Source: an uncultured bacterium
Lineage (GTDB): Bacteria > SAR324 > NAC60-12
Direction of reading: 5' to 3'
Assembly: GCA_965662845.1 (NCBI GenBank)
Contig: CBFIJD010000019.1
Coordinates: 1 to 55,283 of the forward strand
Length of the DNA: 55,283 nt
The notes beneath the pieces were generated by a model, which ran no database searches, was not told where the DNA came from, and saw only the letters and a program-made list of their open reading frames with translations. Position numbers and translations under genes: made by a program. Every line of letters starts with the position of its first letter. Within the stretch, counting starts at the first letter, position 1. Below, piece by piece: positions 19,449 to 28,151 of this stretch.

Positions 19449-20165
19449 ATGATGGACACACCGCAAGACCAAAACTCACGTGTTCAGGCTCATCGACAAC
19501 AAGCGCTTGACACCGTCAAGCACGCGCTCGACACCGGAAAGTTTGCTTGGCAAGAAGCGACGAACCTGTTCAACGCCTATGTAGACGAGTGTCATCGCTT
19601 GATCGACAAAGCGCTCAACCAACGTGAACAAGCGCTGGCTTGCCACAAGGGCTGTTCGGACTGCTGCACGCTGTTTGTGAACATCACTTATGATGAAGTT
19701 CTGAACATCGCGCGCGTCATCTTGCAGCTACCGCTACGTCAACAAGTCATCTTGCGCAGTCGCAACCTATTGCATTGCGCGAAAATTGAGGAAGCCGAGG
19801 CGACAGATGCTCCGCAGGCTTATCGAGCCTTACAGCTACGCTGCATGTTCCTCGGCGAGGATGGAGCTTGCTTGATTCATCCGGCTCGCCCACTCGCATG
19901 CCGTCATCACCACAGCTTCGACGTCACGTATTGTCAGGGAGGAGCCGAAGCGCTCCAGCACCTTGGACGGATACGTGTTGGCGTTGGGGCGTTTCAGGCA
20001 AAAGCCGAGCTGCTCCGCCCTGAGTATGAAAAGCAGCCCGAGTTCACCCGCTGGGAAGGTGAGTTGCACACGATGCTCCGCCCTTTTCTTTTCGGCAAAA
20101 ACAATCGGGCGCTGCAACAGTCGGCTCGTGCTCGCGGCTCCTCCAACGAATTTTTTCAAAGCTGA
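19449..20165 (+). CDS. YkgJ/CxxCxxCC family cysteine-cluster protein
   Basis: 'CHKGCSDCC', 'RCMFL', 'CLIHPARPLACR'. Confidence 0.88.
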   Translation: MMDTPQDQNSRVQAHRQQALDTVKHALDTGKFAWQEATNLFNAYVDECHRLIDKALNQREQALACHKGCSDCCTLFVNITYDEVLNIARVILQLPLRQQVILRSRNLLHCAKIEEAEATDAPQAYRALQLRCMFLGEDGACLIHPARPLACRHHHSFDVTYCQGGAEALQHLGRIRVGVGAFQAKAELLRPEYEKQPEFTRWEGELHTMLRPFLFGKNNRALQQSARARGSSNEFFQS

Positions 20166-20370
20166 GCACCGGAATTCCTTCTCTTCTCTCGTGGCTCTGT
20201 GCTACCCCTATCGCCGTAAATCTACCTTAGCAGGCAAACCCAAACGCGGGCTCGGCCTCGGCTTTCTTATTCGGCTTTGAAATCAACGTCTTGAGAAGGG
20301 CGCGTTTGTTCAGACGCTACCGAAGCGACTCTCAGCCCTTTCTCAGACCGAGTCCTTCTTAGAGGTTCCC

Positions 20371-20790
20371 ATGAAGCGTCAACAATCTTCTGAGCGCAGA
20401 TCTATTTCATCGACGTCCCTGCGTGTGATGGATGAGCTACATCAGGCGGAGGTAGATATGCTGAACCAGCTGCTGGGTTTGTTGCCCGAAGCCGATGACG
20501 AGATCATCGACGAGTGGCTGGAGAAGCTTGAGCGGCACACCCAACATCACTTCACCGAAGAAGAAGCGGAAATGGAGCGGATCGCCTATCCTCAATATGA
20601 CTCGCATCGCTATGCACACGCAGAGACGCTACGGCACTTGCGGGAGGCGCGCAGAATGTGGGAGCAAGAGCGGGACTTGATGCGGCTCTGGAACTTTTTG
20701 GAGAAGGATTACTTTGACTGGTTTGAAAAGCATGTGCGCCAGTTTGATATGCCTGTCGCCGAACACATTCGTCGCTTTTCGCAGAGATAG
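20371..20790 (+). CDS. Bacteriohemerythrin-like protein
   Basis: 'H..HF.EEE..M....YP...H...H' and 'WF..HV...D' di-iron ligands. Confidence 0.9.
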   Translation: MKRQQSSERRSISSTSLRVMDELHQAEVDMLNQLLGLLPEADDEIIDEWLEKLERHTQHHFTEEEAEMERIAYPQYDSHRYAHAETLRHLREARRMWEQERDLMRLWNFLEKDYFDWFEKHVRQFDMPVAEHIRRFSQR

Positions 20791-20797
20791 GCGGGAC

Positions 20798-20840
20798 GAA
20801 GGAAGTCGGAGTTGACGGAGAGCAACGTCTGACTTCCTTC
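20798..20840. terminator. Hairpin between convergent genes
   Basis: GAAGGAAGTCGGA-GTTG...CAAC-G-TCTGACTTCCTTC inverted repeat. Confidence 0.6.
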
Positions 20841-20849
20841 AAGGGAAAA

Positions 20850-22076
20850 TTAGTGGGCCAGGCCGACCTTCGGAAGAGGAAGCTTCCAACCCGCCAACTC
20901 AGACCACTTGGCCACTTGGCGCAGTCCGATGGATGCGATGATAAACACATCTAAGAAGATCAAGGAAGCCAAGAACCAGAGCAGCAAGGGGCTGGGCAGC
21001 AGGGTTTTATAGACAAAGGCGCCCAGTACGGAGTAAGCGACTACCGGACAAACAAGGCCCCACTGGGATTCATCGAAGTAGCGAAAGTTGAAGAAGTGCT
21101 TCGTGAAGTATTCCTTCAATAGCACCAACCCGAGCAACAGATACCATGTCATCGTAGCCCAACCACCTGCCGTAACCAGCGCGTAATATCCTTTGTCCAT
21201 GTGTGCATCGAGTTGATTGTGCGCGAAGTGTCCGTAGCGAAACAAAGTGATGGACAACAGCGTGATGATGGGAACCACCATGAAGAAGGTGGGCATCGAC
21301 TCAACCGTCTTGTTCTGGCCGATTTGGTATTGGTGACGGAACAGCGCGAACAACTTGAGCAGAAACAAAATCGCCGCCATGGAGAAGGTAATCAATGAGA
21401 GAAAGAACGCCGTTTTTGTGACGATTGGGTCTGTGCCTAAAGCCGCGATTCCAGCGCCACCAACCGCGTTCATGGCTAAGGCAAAAGGAACGAGCAACCA
21501 CCCAAAATGCAACCCATGCTGCGCAGAGCAACCTTCTCGCAAGGCCAAGCTTTGAACGCGCAGAGCGTGTCCCATCGTATAAACCCACAAGCCCCCCCAA
21601 AACGCCAAGGCCACCGGCATGATCTCCTGCATGTTCGCGCGAATCCAAGGCACGAAGAAATAACCCATGACAAGCATCACGTTGAAACTCATGCCCAGCG
21701 CGACCGCAGGCGTAACCGTCAGAGGAGCCTTGCTCACAGTTTGAGCAATCGCTTCGTATTTCTCAGGGTGCTGCTTGCGCCAACGATTGTACATGACCAG
21801 AGCTGTGGCCAGCGTCAACAAGTGCAACGCTCCAAACACCAAAATGTGAACAGTCAAATAGTTGGCGAGCATGTTATAGCCCATGGACATCCGCGGGAGC
21901 AGCTCACTGAGCATCTCAACGTGCACCAGCCCCTTGTGATCTGGTGTGCGAGCAATCGTGTAGTTCAAAAACGCAAACCCCGCGACTCCCGTGCCTCCTA
22001 GCCCCAAGGACATGATGAACCAGAGCAGATTAAAGTTGGCCGTTAGACCCTTCGTAGATGAATTCGGCTTGTGCAT
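20850..22076 (-). CDS. Polytopic membrane protein, TsoY-like (TDT/SLAC1-like fold suspected)
   Basis: About 10 TM segments. N-terminal 'WFIMSLGLGG', C-terminal 'WGLVCPVVAY'. AGGAGG SD before ATG 22076. Confidence 0.6.
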   Translation of the reverse strand: MHKPNSSTKGLTANFNLLWFIMSLGLGGTGVAGFAFLNYTIARTPDHKGLVHVEMLSELLPRMSMGYNMLANYLTVHILVFGALHLLTLATALVMYNRWRKQHPEKYEAIAQTVSKAPLTVTPAVALGMSFNVMLVMGYFFVPWIRANMQEIMPVALAFWGGLWVYTMGHALRVQSLALREGCSAQHGLHFGWLLVPFALAMNAVGGAGIAALGTDPIVTKTAFFLSLITFSMAAILFLLKLFALFRHQYQIGQNKTVESMPTFFMVVPIITLLSITLFRYGHFAHNQLDAHMDKGYYALVTAGGWATMTWYLLLGLVLLKEYFTKHFFNFRYFDESQWGLVCPVVAYSVLGAFVYKTLLPSPLLLWFLASLIFLDVFIIASIGLRQVAKWSELAGWKLPLPKVGLAH

Positions 22077-22141
22077 AAGTCCTCCTAAGCACCTTGAGAG
22101 ATAGAGAAACCACAGCGACATTGCTGCATCGTTTGATTTAT

Positions 22142-22161
22142 ATATTATTATATTTGAATAT
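22142..22161. promoter_or_regulatory. AT-rich palindrome resembling an ArsR-family (SqrR/BigR-type) operator
   Basis: ATATTA-TTATATTT-GAATAT, i.e. ATTA-N8-GAAT, about 65-85 nt upstream of the TsoY-like gene. Confidence 0.55.
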
Positions 22162-22272
22162 TTTGTTTATTAGGATTTTTACGTAGGTCAATGTGCTCAA
22201 TTTGTTCTGGAGTGGGCTGCTCAGCAGCATCGAATCAGCGGAGGCGACAGCAAGGAAGAGTGGGAACTCGAA

Positions 22273-22527
22273 TCAGGCAGGAACGACGATGGACTCCTCA
22301 ATCAACATCACAGGGATGTCATCTCGAATCGGATACAGGCGGCTGCCATCTTGGCGCAGCAGGCCCGCCGTCAACGCCGAGGCGACGGTCTCTCCGCCTG
22401 CGGTTTTGAGCTTTCCTTGCTGTTGAGCGGCGTTGAGTTGCTCTAGCAACTCTGGCGCGGCTAACGTAAGCGGGGTTTTGTCTTCTGGACAGACGAGGAT
22501 TTCTAGCAGCTGTGGATCAAAGGACAT
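22273..22527 (-). CDS. Trm112/UPF0434 family protein
   Basis: 'LLEILVCPEDKTPL' ... 'LYPIRDDIPVMLIEE'. Confidence 0.9.
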   Translation of the reverse strand: MSFDPQLLEILVCPEDKTPLTLAAPELLEQLNAAQQQGKLKTAGGETVASALTAGLLRQDGSRLYPIRDDIPVMLIEESIVVPA

Positions 22528-22530
22528 GGA

Positions 22531-24279
22531 TCAGAGCGCGTGGCGTAGTTGATCAGGGCTTTGGAGCGCGTTAGACGCGTGGCGTACCAGGCGCTTGCTC
22601 GGTGTGTTGCACTCGTTGTAGCGGTTGTAGCGGATCGACATGTAGGAATAAACCAGCTCAGAGATTCGTCGCATGTGCGTGCTCATCTGATATGACCAAC
22701 GGTTCGCGTTGCCAGCGATCGTTTTGAAGTCTCTGCGATCCAAAGCCATCACCACGGTGTAGCTGCGGCGCCCTTCGGGCGTGTCAATCTCGACGATGCC
22801 CGTGTTGCCGTTGACCCCTTTCACAAAGCCCGTCTTATCCCAGACTTTGACCAGCGGATTACGCGCGTAGCAGGTTCCATCTTTCAAGCGGTCACGAGCG
22901 CGAGAGCGGCCCGGTTGTCCCATCAAGTACAGCATCTCTTCCGAGGCCTTCTCGTTTTCCACTTGACTGAAATAGGGCCCCAGCACACGCGAAGACCACA
23001 GGGTAATCATGAGGCGGTTGAGGTCGTTCGCGGAGAGCTTGTTTTGATAAGTTTTGCCGTAGCGTGGGATGTATTCCACGACTTTCAGATCTTGATACAG
23101 GTTCGTTTCATCCAAGATTTTTTGAACCTTCTCAGGTCCCCCCAGCCACTTCATCACTTTGTTGGTGTCTGAGTTGCTGCTGAAGCGGATCATATTGCTG
23201 AGCGCTTTCTGCTTGGAGGGGGTGTGTCGAATCTCTCCGCGATAGCGTTGCAGCATATAGGCTTGCAGCAGAGGCACTTTGATCATACTCGCCGCTTTGA
23301 TCTCTTCATCCGCGCGGATGGAGACCAGTCGCTCTCCCGTTTGCAGGTCGTGCACCACCATGGACAGCTTATCGGGCTCGGCAAGAGATCCCTTTTCGTA
23401 CGCTTCCTTGAGGAAGCTCAGGATGCCCGCCTCCAGCGGAGAGGTGAACTCTTTGGTCTCACTGATTTCGGAAGGCAAGTCGACGGGTTCGTAAAAACGC
23501 AAGTGTCGCTGCGCGACCCAGCCGGTGATTCCGGCAGAAGTGACAATCTTCCGCCAGCCATTTTCAGCGGGGATCGCCGAGGAAACATGCATCCCCGCCC
23601 GCAACACCTGTAGCCGAGGATAGTCCCGTCCAGGGCCTGAGCGGACATTCAACAGCTTAGATTTGACCACAGCGTAGTCTGGCTGTGCATTCGCAGGGCG
23701 AGAGGCTTTCACGATCGGCAGAATGCGGAGGTATTTGCTGGCGACCCACCCGTGGAGGTGTTCGTCGGGGATCTCCACCTCAACCCAGTCTTTCTCAGGA
23801 TCAGAGATCACGGTCACGAGGTCATTGCGGCTGAGCCGATGAATAACGCGATAATCGGTCCCTGCCAGCGCGCGGACATTGAGGGCATTGGCCTGCACTA
23901 GCGCGCGGGGGTGTTTCTCTAGGTCTTCAGGCTGTCGTGCAAATCGCAGAAACTCTCCGGCGACCCAACCTTCATGATCGTCAGCAGCAATTCTGAACCA
24001 ACCGTTGTCGTTGCGTTCCTGCACCGTCACGACTTGATCTAGCTCCAGAACGGCTTGGACTTCACTCTTGGCTTCAGGGGCTTTTCGCAAGTTGAGCTTG
24101 TTGACCAGCACGATTGCCTTCTCCTCTGCATCAGACGAAATTTGATACGCAGGAGGAAGCAATTCCATGGCTGGATCGTAGAAAGCGGCCGTGCCATCGC
24201 CTCCCGCAGGCACGTTGGTACCGCTGAGGGCGAAGAGACAGCTTCCGAGGAGGAGGGCTTGTGCGAGACGAGAAGTCAT
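22531..24279 (-). CDS. Secreted protein: three SH3b domains plus class A beta-lactamase-like serine hydrolase domain
   Basis: Signal peptide. Three 'LN.R..P/G....W....GWV...L' repeats. SxxK 'ASMIK', SxN 'SSN', 'DKTG'. Confidence 0.88.
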   Translation of the reverse strand: MTSRLAQALLLGSCLFALSGTNVPAGGDGTAAFYDPAMELLPPAYQISSDAEEKAIVLVNKLNLRKAPEAKSEVQAVLELDQVVTVQERNDNGWFRIAADDHEGWVAGEFLRFARQPEDLEKHPRALVQANALNVRALAGTDYRVIHRLSRNDLVTVISDPEKDWVEVEIPDEHLHGWVASKYLRILPIVKASRPANAQPDYAVVKSKLLNVRSGPGRDYPRLQVLRAGMHVSSAIPAENGWRKIVTSAGITGWVAQRHLRFYEPVDLPSEISETKEFTSPLEAGILSFLKEAYEKGSLAEPDKLSMVVHDLQTGERLVSIRADEEIKAASMIKVPLLQAYMLQRYRGEIRHTPSKQKALSNMIRFSSNSDTNKVMKWLGGPEKVQKILDETNLYQDLKVVEYIPRYGKTYQNKLSANDLNRLMITLWSSRVLGPYFSQVENEKASEEMLYLMGQPGRSRARDRLKDGTCYARNPLVKVWDKTGFVKGVNGNTGIVEIDTPEGRRSYTVVMALDRRDFKTIAGNANRWSYQMSTHMRRISELVYSYMSIRYNRYNECNTPSKRLVRHASNALQSPDQLRHAL

Positions 24280-24373
24280 ATGGAACGCCTAGCTGAATGG
24301 TGTTCGACTCGTGCGAGGCAAGTCGACAAGAACTTCGGTGTATTACTAGATCAGCAAGAGCCGTTCCGCGTGT

Positions 24374-25858
24374 TCAGCGGCGGACCTCGTTCAGGCTCTG
24401 AAATCCGCCCGATGGATGTAGACGAAAGCCCTGTAGCCCTTGTTTGATCAACGCTACGTTCTGATTGTGCCACAACGAAATGTATGGAAGCTCTGCTTGC
24501 AAGAGTTGCTGAACTTCGAAGTATGTGGCCTTGCGTTGCTCTCGATCCATTTGGCTGCGCCCCTGCTCTAATAGCTGGTCTAGCTCCGGAGAACTGTAGC
24601 GGACGCGGTTGCGGCCTTGCGGAGGTAGCTGAGATGAATGAAACAGCGAGTGATAAAAATCAGGCTCTGAGACTCCGACCCAACGCAAAGAGAACAATTC
24701 AAAATTGCCAGCCTTCACATCTGAAAAGAAAGTCCCCCACTCAAAAGAGCGGATCTCGATGTTCACTCCGACTTCACGGAGCTGGTTCTGAATAATCCGC
24801 GCCTGCTGCACCGCCTCGCGGGAGGTGCTGGTTTTGTATTCCAGAGTCAGGTTTGACACGCCCGCTTCGCGCAGGAGCTGTCGAGCGCGCTCAGGGTCAT
24901 AGCCATAACTGGGAAGCCCTGCTGCCGCAAAGTCGTTTTGCGCTGTCAGCACGCTGTCGGCGGCGACGGCCCGTCCTTTCTTCAAGAACAGGATCAGCTC
25001 GTCGCGGTTGATGGCATGAGCCAGCGCTTGCCGCACACGCACATCCTGAAGCTTAGGAGACGCCATGTTCAGCCCCAGATACTGATAACTCAGGGCCGGG
25101 CCACTCTCTAAGCGGTACTCCCGCTTCAGCGCTCCGCGTTCAAACTGCGGCAATTTGTCCAAAGGAACAACATTGATCGCCAAATCGATCTCGCCTTTGC
25201 GCATCTTCAAAAAGCGGGTGTTGTCGTCTTGGATGATCTTCATCGCAACTTCCTCAACAAAGGGCCCTGTGCCGTGATACTCCGCGAATGCTCGCAGACG
25301 AATTTCGTTGGGCGTTTGGGAAATCAACTCAAAAGGGCCCGTGCCAATGAGCACGCCGGACTCAACATCGGAGGTTTGTGAGAAGATCGGAATGAAGGTG
25401 TCTAAAAAAAAGGCGGCTTCCGGCTGGTGTAAATGAAACACCACGGTGTGGTCGCCGCGGACCTCAATCTCTTTGAGTTTCGTATTTAAAAATTGGAAGG
25501 GCGACTTGGTCGCTGCGTCCATGATGTGCTCAAAGGTGAACTTCACGTCTGCAGCGGTGAACGGGGCGCCGCTGTGGAACTGTACGCCACGCTTGAGTTC
25601 CAGCACATAAGTCGTCGGGTTTGGTTGCTCCCAGCTTGTGGCTAAACCAGGGACAATGCGCAGGTTTTCGTCTTGTTGTACCAGCGTCTCAAAGAGGAGA
25701 ACTTGTGTGAGGCGCATTCCATTGGCGTCGACAGCGTAGCGAGGGTCAAGCGTCTTCGGGGCTCCATCCAACGCAACCTGAAGAGGTTGTGCCGACAGAG
25801 GGGTCGTGAACAACAAGAGGCAGAGAATTCCCCAGAGGTAGAACCGTAGACGTCTCAT
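24374..25858 (-). CDS. ABC transporter substrate-binding protein, family 5 (peptide/nickel)
   Basis: 'PGLATSW', 'FHSGAPFTAADVKFTF', 'GTGPF', 'VRQALAHAINR'. Signal peptide from ATG 25858. Confidence 0.93.
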   Translation of the reverse strand: MRRLRFYLWGILCLLLFTTPLSAQPLQVALDGAPKTLDPRYAVDANGMRLTQVLLFETLVQQDENLRIVPGLATSWEQPNPTTYVLELKRGVQFHSGAPFTAADVKFTFEHIMDAATKSPFQFLNTKLKEIEVRGDHTVVFHLHQPEAAFFLDTFIPIFSQTSDVESGVLIGTGPFELISQTPNEIRLRAFAEYHGTGPFVEEVAMKIIQDDNTRFLKMRKGEIDLAINVVPLDKLPQFERGALKREYRLESGPALSYQYLGLNMASPKLQDVRVRQALAHAINRDELILFLKKGRAVAADSVLTAQNDFAAAGLPSYGYDPERARQLLREAGVSNLTLEYKTSTSREAVQQARIIQNQLREVGVNIEIRSFEWGTFFSDVKAGNFELFSLRWVGVSEPDFYHSLFHSSQLPPQGRNRVRYSSPELDQLLEQGRSQMDREQRKATYFEVQQLLQAELPYISLWHNQNVALIKQGLQGFRLHPSGGFQSLNEVRR

Positions 25859-25922
25859 AATAAATGCGGAGAGAGGAGTGTGAGAGAGGCGGAGTAGGCG
25901 CCTCACGCGAGGCGCTGGAGAG

Positions 25923-26051
25923 TCAGACGAGCTCGTCTTCTTTTTTGAGGCGATTGAGGTGAATCGCGAACACGATTGCGGGGCAGATGATCAAGCCGAA
26001 AGTCATTACACCAAAAATCAGGGGCCATGTCAGGGACATCAGAATCTCCAT
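25923..26051 (-). CDS. Small single-pass membrane protein (42 aa, below ORF-track cutoff)
   Basis: MEILMSLTWPLIFGVMTFGLIICPAIVFAIHLNRLKKEDELV*. One TM helix with a basic patch after it, filling an intergenic gap. Confidence 0.6.
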   Translation of the reverse strand: MEILMSLTWPLIFGVMTFGLIICPAIVFAIHLNRLKKEDELV

Positions 26052-26127
26052 GTGAGAGAGAGGGACGCGTGAAAAGCCAACGGAAATAACATCTTCAGCT
26101 GAGATTTACAAGTGAGGGCGCTGTGCG

Positions 26128-27246
26128 TCAGTTGCTCATCGCGACCACGAAGGTTCCTTCAAAGCGGCGGTCTTTCTCTGCCAAAATACCTTGCAGCTGT
26201 AGGGCTTGGTCTTTGGTCTTAAATCCGCCTGCATACACGCGATAGTTGCGGATGCGCTGGTCAGAGCGGCGCGCTTCAAAGAAAATTTCTGCGGCATAGA
26301 TCTGATTCAAGTGAGCTTTCACTCGATTGGCCGTGTCTAAATCGGGGAATAGCCCTAGTGAGATCTGGTATGTGCCGTTGTTAGGCTTGCGATAGGCTTG
26401 CCCAGTAATGAGGTTCTCGGCGTTGATGCGATTGACCAGATTGGCCGCTTCTTCCTCGCCGAACAGGTTCACAGACACGATCTCTGTCATTGGGTTGACC
26501 TCGTTGACCGTCTCAACACGAGTGGCATATCCAAAGCGTTTCAGGAGATAGCGATAGTCGTCTACGCACTCCTGATAGATGCAGTTGGCCACTTGCACGA
26601 AGAACCGAGTGCTCTTGGGAGGGGGCGGCGGTGGTGGCGGCTCCTCCGCGACCGCAGGCGGAGCTGGAGCCGGCGCTTCGGGGGGGGCTTCCATCGCGGC
26701 TGTAGTCACATTATCTGCGGCTGCAGGGGGCGGCGGAAGGGGCTCCTCTGTCAGCATAGGGGGCGGCGGTGGCAGTTCATCTTGCAGGGCCAGCGCAGGC
26801 TCTTCTTCAGGGAGTGGAGGGGGTGGTGGCGCCATGAAATACATGGCAGCGACTGCGGCGGCTCCGAGGATGGCGCCCCCTGCGCCTGCGATAATACCTG
26901 GGATAAGCAAGGGTTTTTTATCTCCTTCTTTCTTTTTCTTTTCTTTCTTTTCTTTTTTCTCTTTGCCCCCTGCGGCGGCTCCGGCGGCAGCCCCCACGGC
27001 CGCAGCGGCAGGGACAGCGATGTCATCGTCGTCATCCAAGTCGTCGCTGCCCGCTGGTTCCTCTTCGGGCAGGTCGTCTTCTTGGACTTCTAAGTCGTCA
27101 ATCGTGGAGAGATCTTCAAAGAAGGAATCAAGCTCGCTGTCATCATCATCGCCACCTTCACTGTCCATGAAGCTGTCGAGCTGGTCGCCGAACTCATCAT
27201 CCAGATCGCCCATGCCTTCCAGGCCTTCCATATCTTCTTGTGCCAT
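26128..27246 (-). CDS. Bitopic SPOR-domain protein with acidic N-terminus and Pro-rich linker
   Basis: D/E-rich N-terminus, poly-K, TM, poly-Pro, then SPOR-like 'FFVQVA', 'YQISLGLF...ANRVKAHL', 'YRVYAGGF.TK.QA'. Confidence 0.8.
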   Translation of the reverse strand: MAQEDMEGLEGMGDLDDEFGDQLDSFMDSEGGDDDDSELDSFFEDLSTIDDLEVQEDDLPEEEPAGSDDLDDDDDIAVPAAAAVGAAAGAAAGGKEKKEKKEKKKKEGDKKPLLIPGIIAGAGGAILGAAAVAAMYFMAPPPPPLPEEEPALALQDELPPPPPMLTEEPLPPPPAAADNVTTAAMEAPPEAPAPAPPAVAEEPPPPPPPPKSTRFFVQVANCIYQECVDDYRYLLKRFGYATRVETVNEVNPMTEIVSVNLFGEEEAANLVNRINAENLITGQAYRKPNNGTYQISLGLFPDLDTANRVKAHLNQIYAAEIFFEARRSDQRIRNYRVYAGGFKTKDQALQLQGILAEKDRRFEGTFVVAMSN

Positions 27247-27353
27247 AGCTCCTTCTCGGTATCGCTTACAGTTGGGTGGGGTTCAGATGTTTCGCAGACT
27301 CGCGCCCGCTGAAAACTAAGTCCGCGCAAATGCTTGCTTTGAGCAACGTGCTT

Positions 27354-28151
27354 TCAATCGCGAGACCACAAGTAGGCTTGATGTAAGCCATGCAACAGAA
27401 AATCCGGTCGATAATCCCAGTCAGGGAGCGCGTGATGCCACTCGTTGGCCGAACCACCTGTCAAGAAGATCGCTGGTGTGTCTTCGCCACGACGCTTGAG
27501 TTCTTGTTCGATCTGTTGTGCAAGGCCCCGCACAATTTCTGGATAGCCGAAGCTGAGCCCTGCGTTGATTGCTTCCGTCGTGGTTTCGCCAAGCACATTC
27601 TTGGGACGCTGCGGCTGAATGAGCGGGAGCATCGCCGTTTGCGTGTGCAGAGCGTTGAGCCACATGCGCGTGCCCGGGAGAATCACGCCTCCAAGAAATT
27701 CGCCCCGTGCGCTGACGGCATCTAGGGTCGTCGCTGTGCCAGAGTCGATCACAATCACGCATCGTCGTACGAGGTGATATGCCATCGCCGCTGCCACCAA
27801 TCGATCTGGGCCAATGGTCGGGAACTTTTCTTCTGGAACTCGAATGGGCAGCCGACTCTCACGGTGGATCAGCACTGCCTCTTCGCCAATCAAATTTCGG
27901 ACCATTTCTTGGAGCGCTTCAGTCACCATCGGGACGACCGAACACAGCACGACGGCCTGCACCTCGTCCGGATCAATCGCGCGCGTGCTCATTTCCAGAC
28001 GCATAGACGCCTGATAATAAGCGACATTGCGCGAGAGGCTTGTGGGCACATGCCAACGATTGACGATCTCCCCACGCTGAAATAACGCGCACCCCACGCG
28101 GGTGTTGCCCACGTCCATCACTAAAATCAGGCCTTGTGTTCCGACCACCAA
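27354..28151 (-). CDS. coaX: Type III pantothenate kinase
   Basis: 'DVGNT', 'GPDR', 'DSGTATT', 'GGVILPG', 'LTGG'. Follows birA. Confidence 0.95.
   Translation of the reverse strand: MVVGTQGLILVMDVGNTRVGCALFQRGEIVNRWHVPTSLSRNVAYYQASMRLEMSTRAIDPDEVQAVVLCSVVPMVTEALQEMVRNLIGEEAVLIHRESRLPIRVPEEKFPTIGPDRLVAAAMAYHLVRRCVIVIDSGTATTLDAVSARGEFLGGVILPGTRMWLNALHTQTAMLPLIQPQRPKNVLGETTTEAINAGLSFGYPEIVRGLAQQIEQELKRRGEDTPAIFLTGGSANEWHHALPDWDYRPDFLLHGLHQAYLWSRD

Noticed and set aside
20850..22076. Selenocysteine recoding in the TsoY-like gene
   Set aside because: The candidate position is a TGT Cys codon and the ORF has no in-frame TGA.
22531..23400. Antibiotic-resistance beta-lactamase
   Set aside because: It lacks the class A deacylation motif and is fused to cell-wall-binding SH3b domains.
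26398..27319. Long plus-strand Gly/Ser-rich ORFs
   Set aside because: Antisense shadows of the Pro/Asp-rich SPOR gene.
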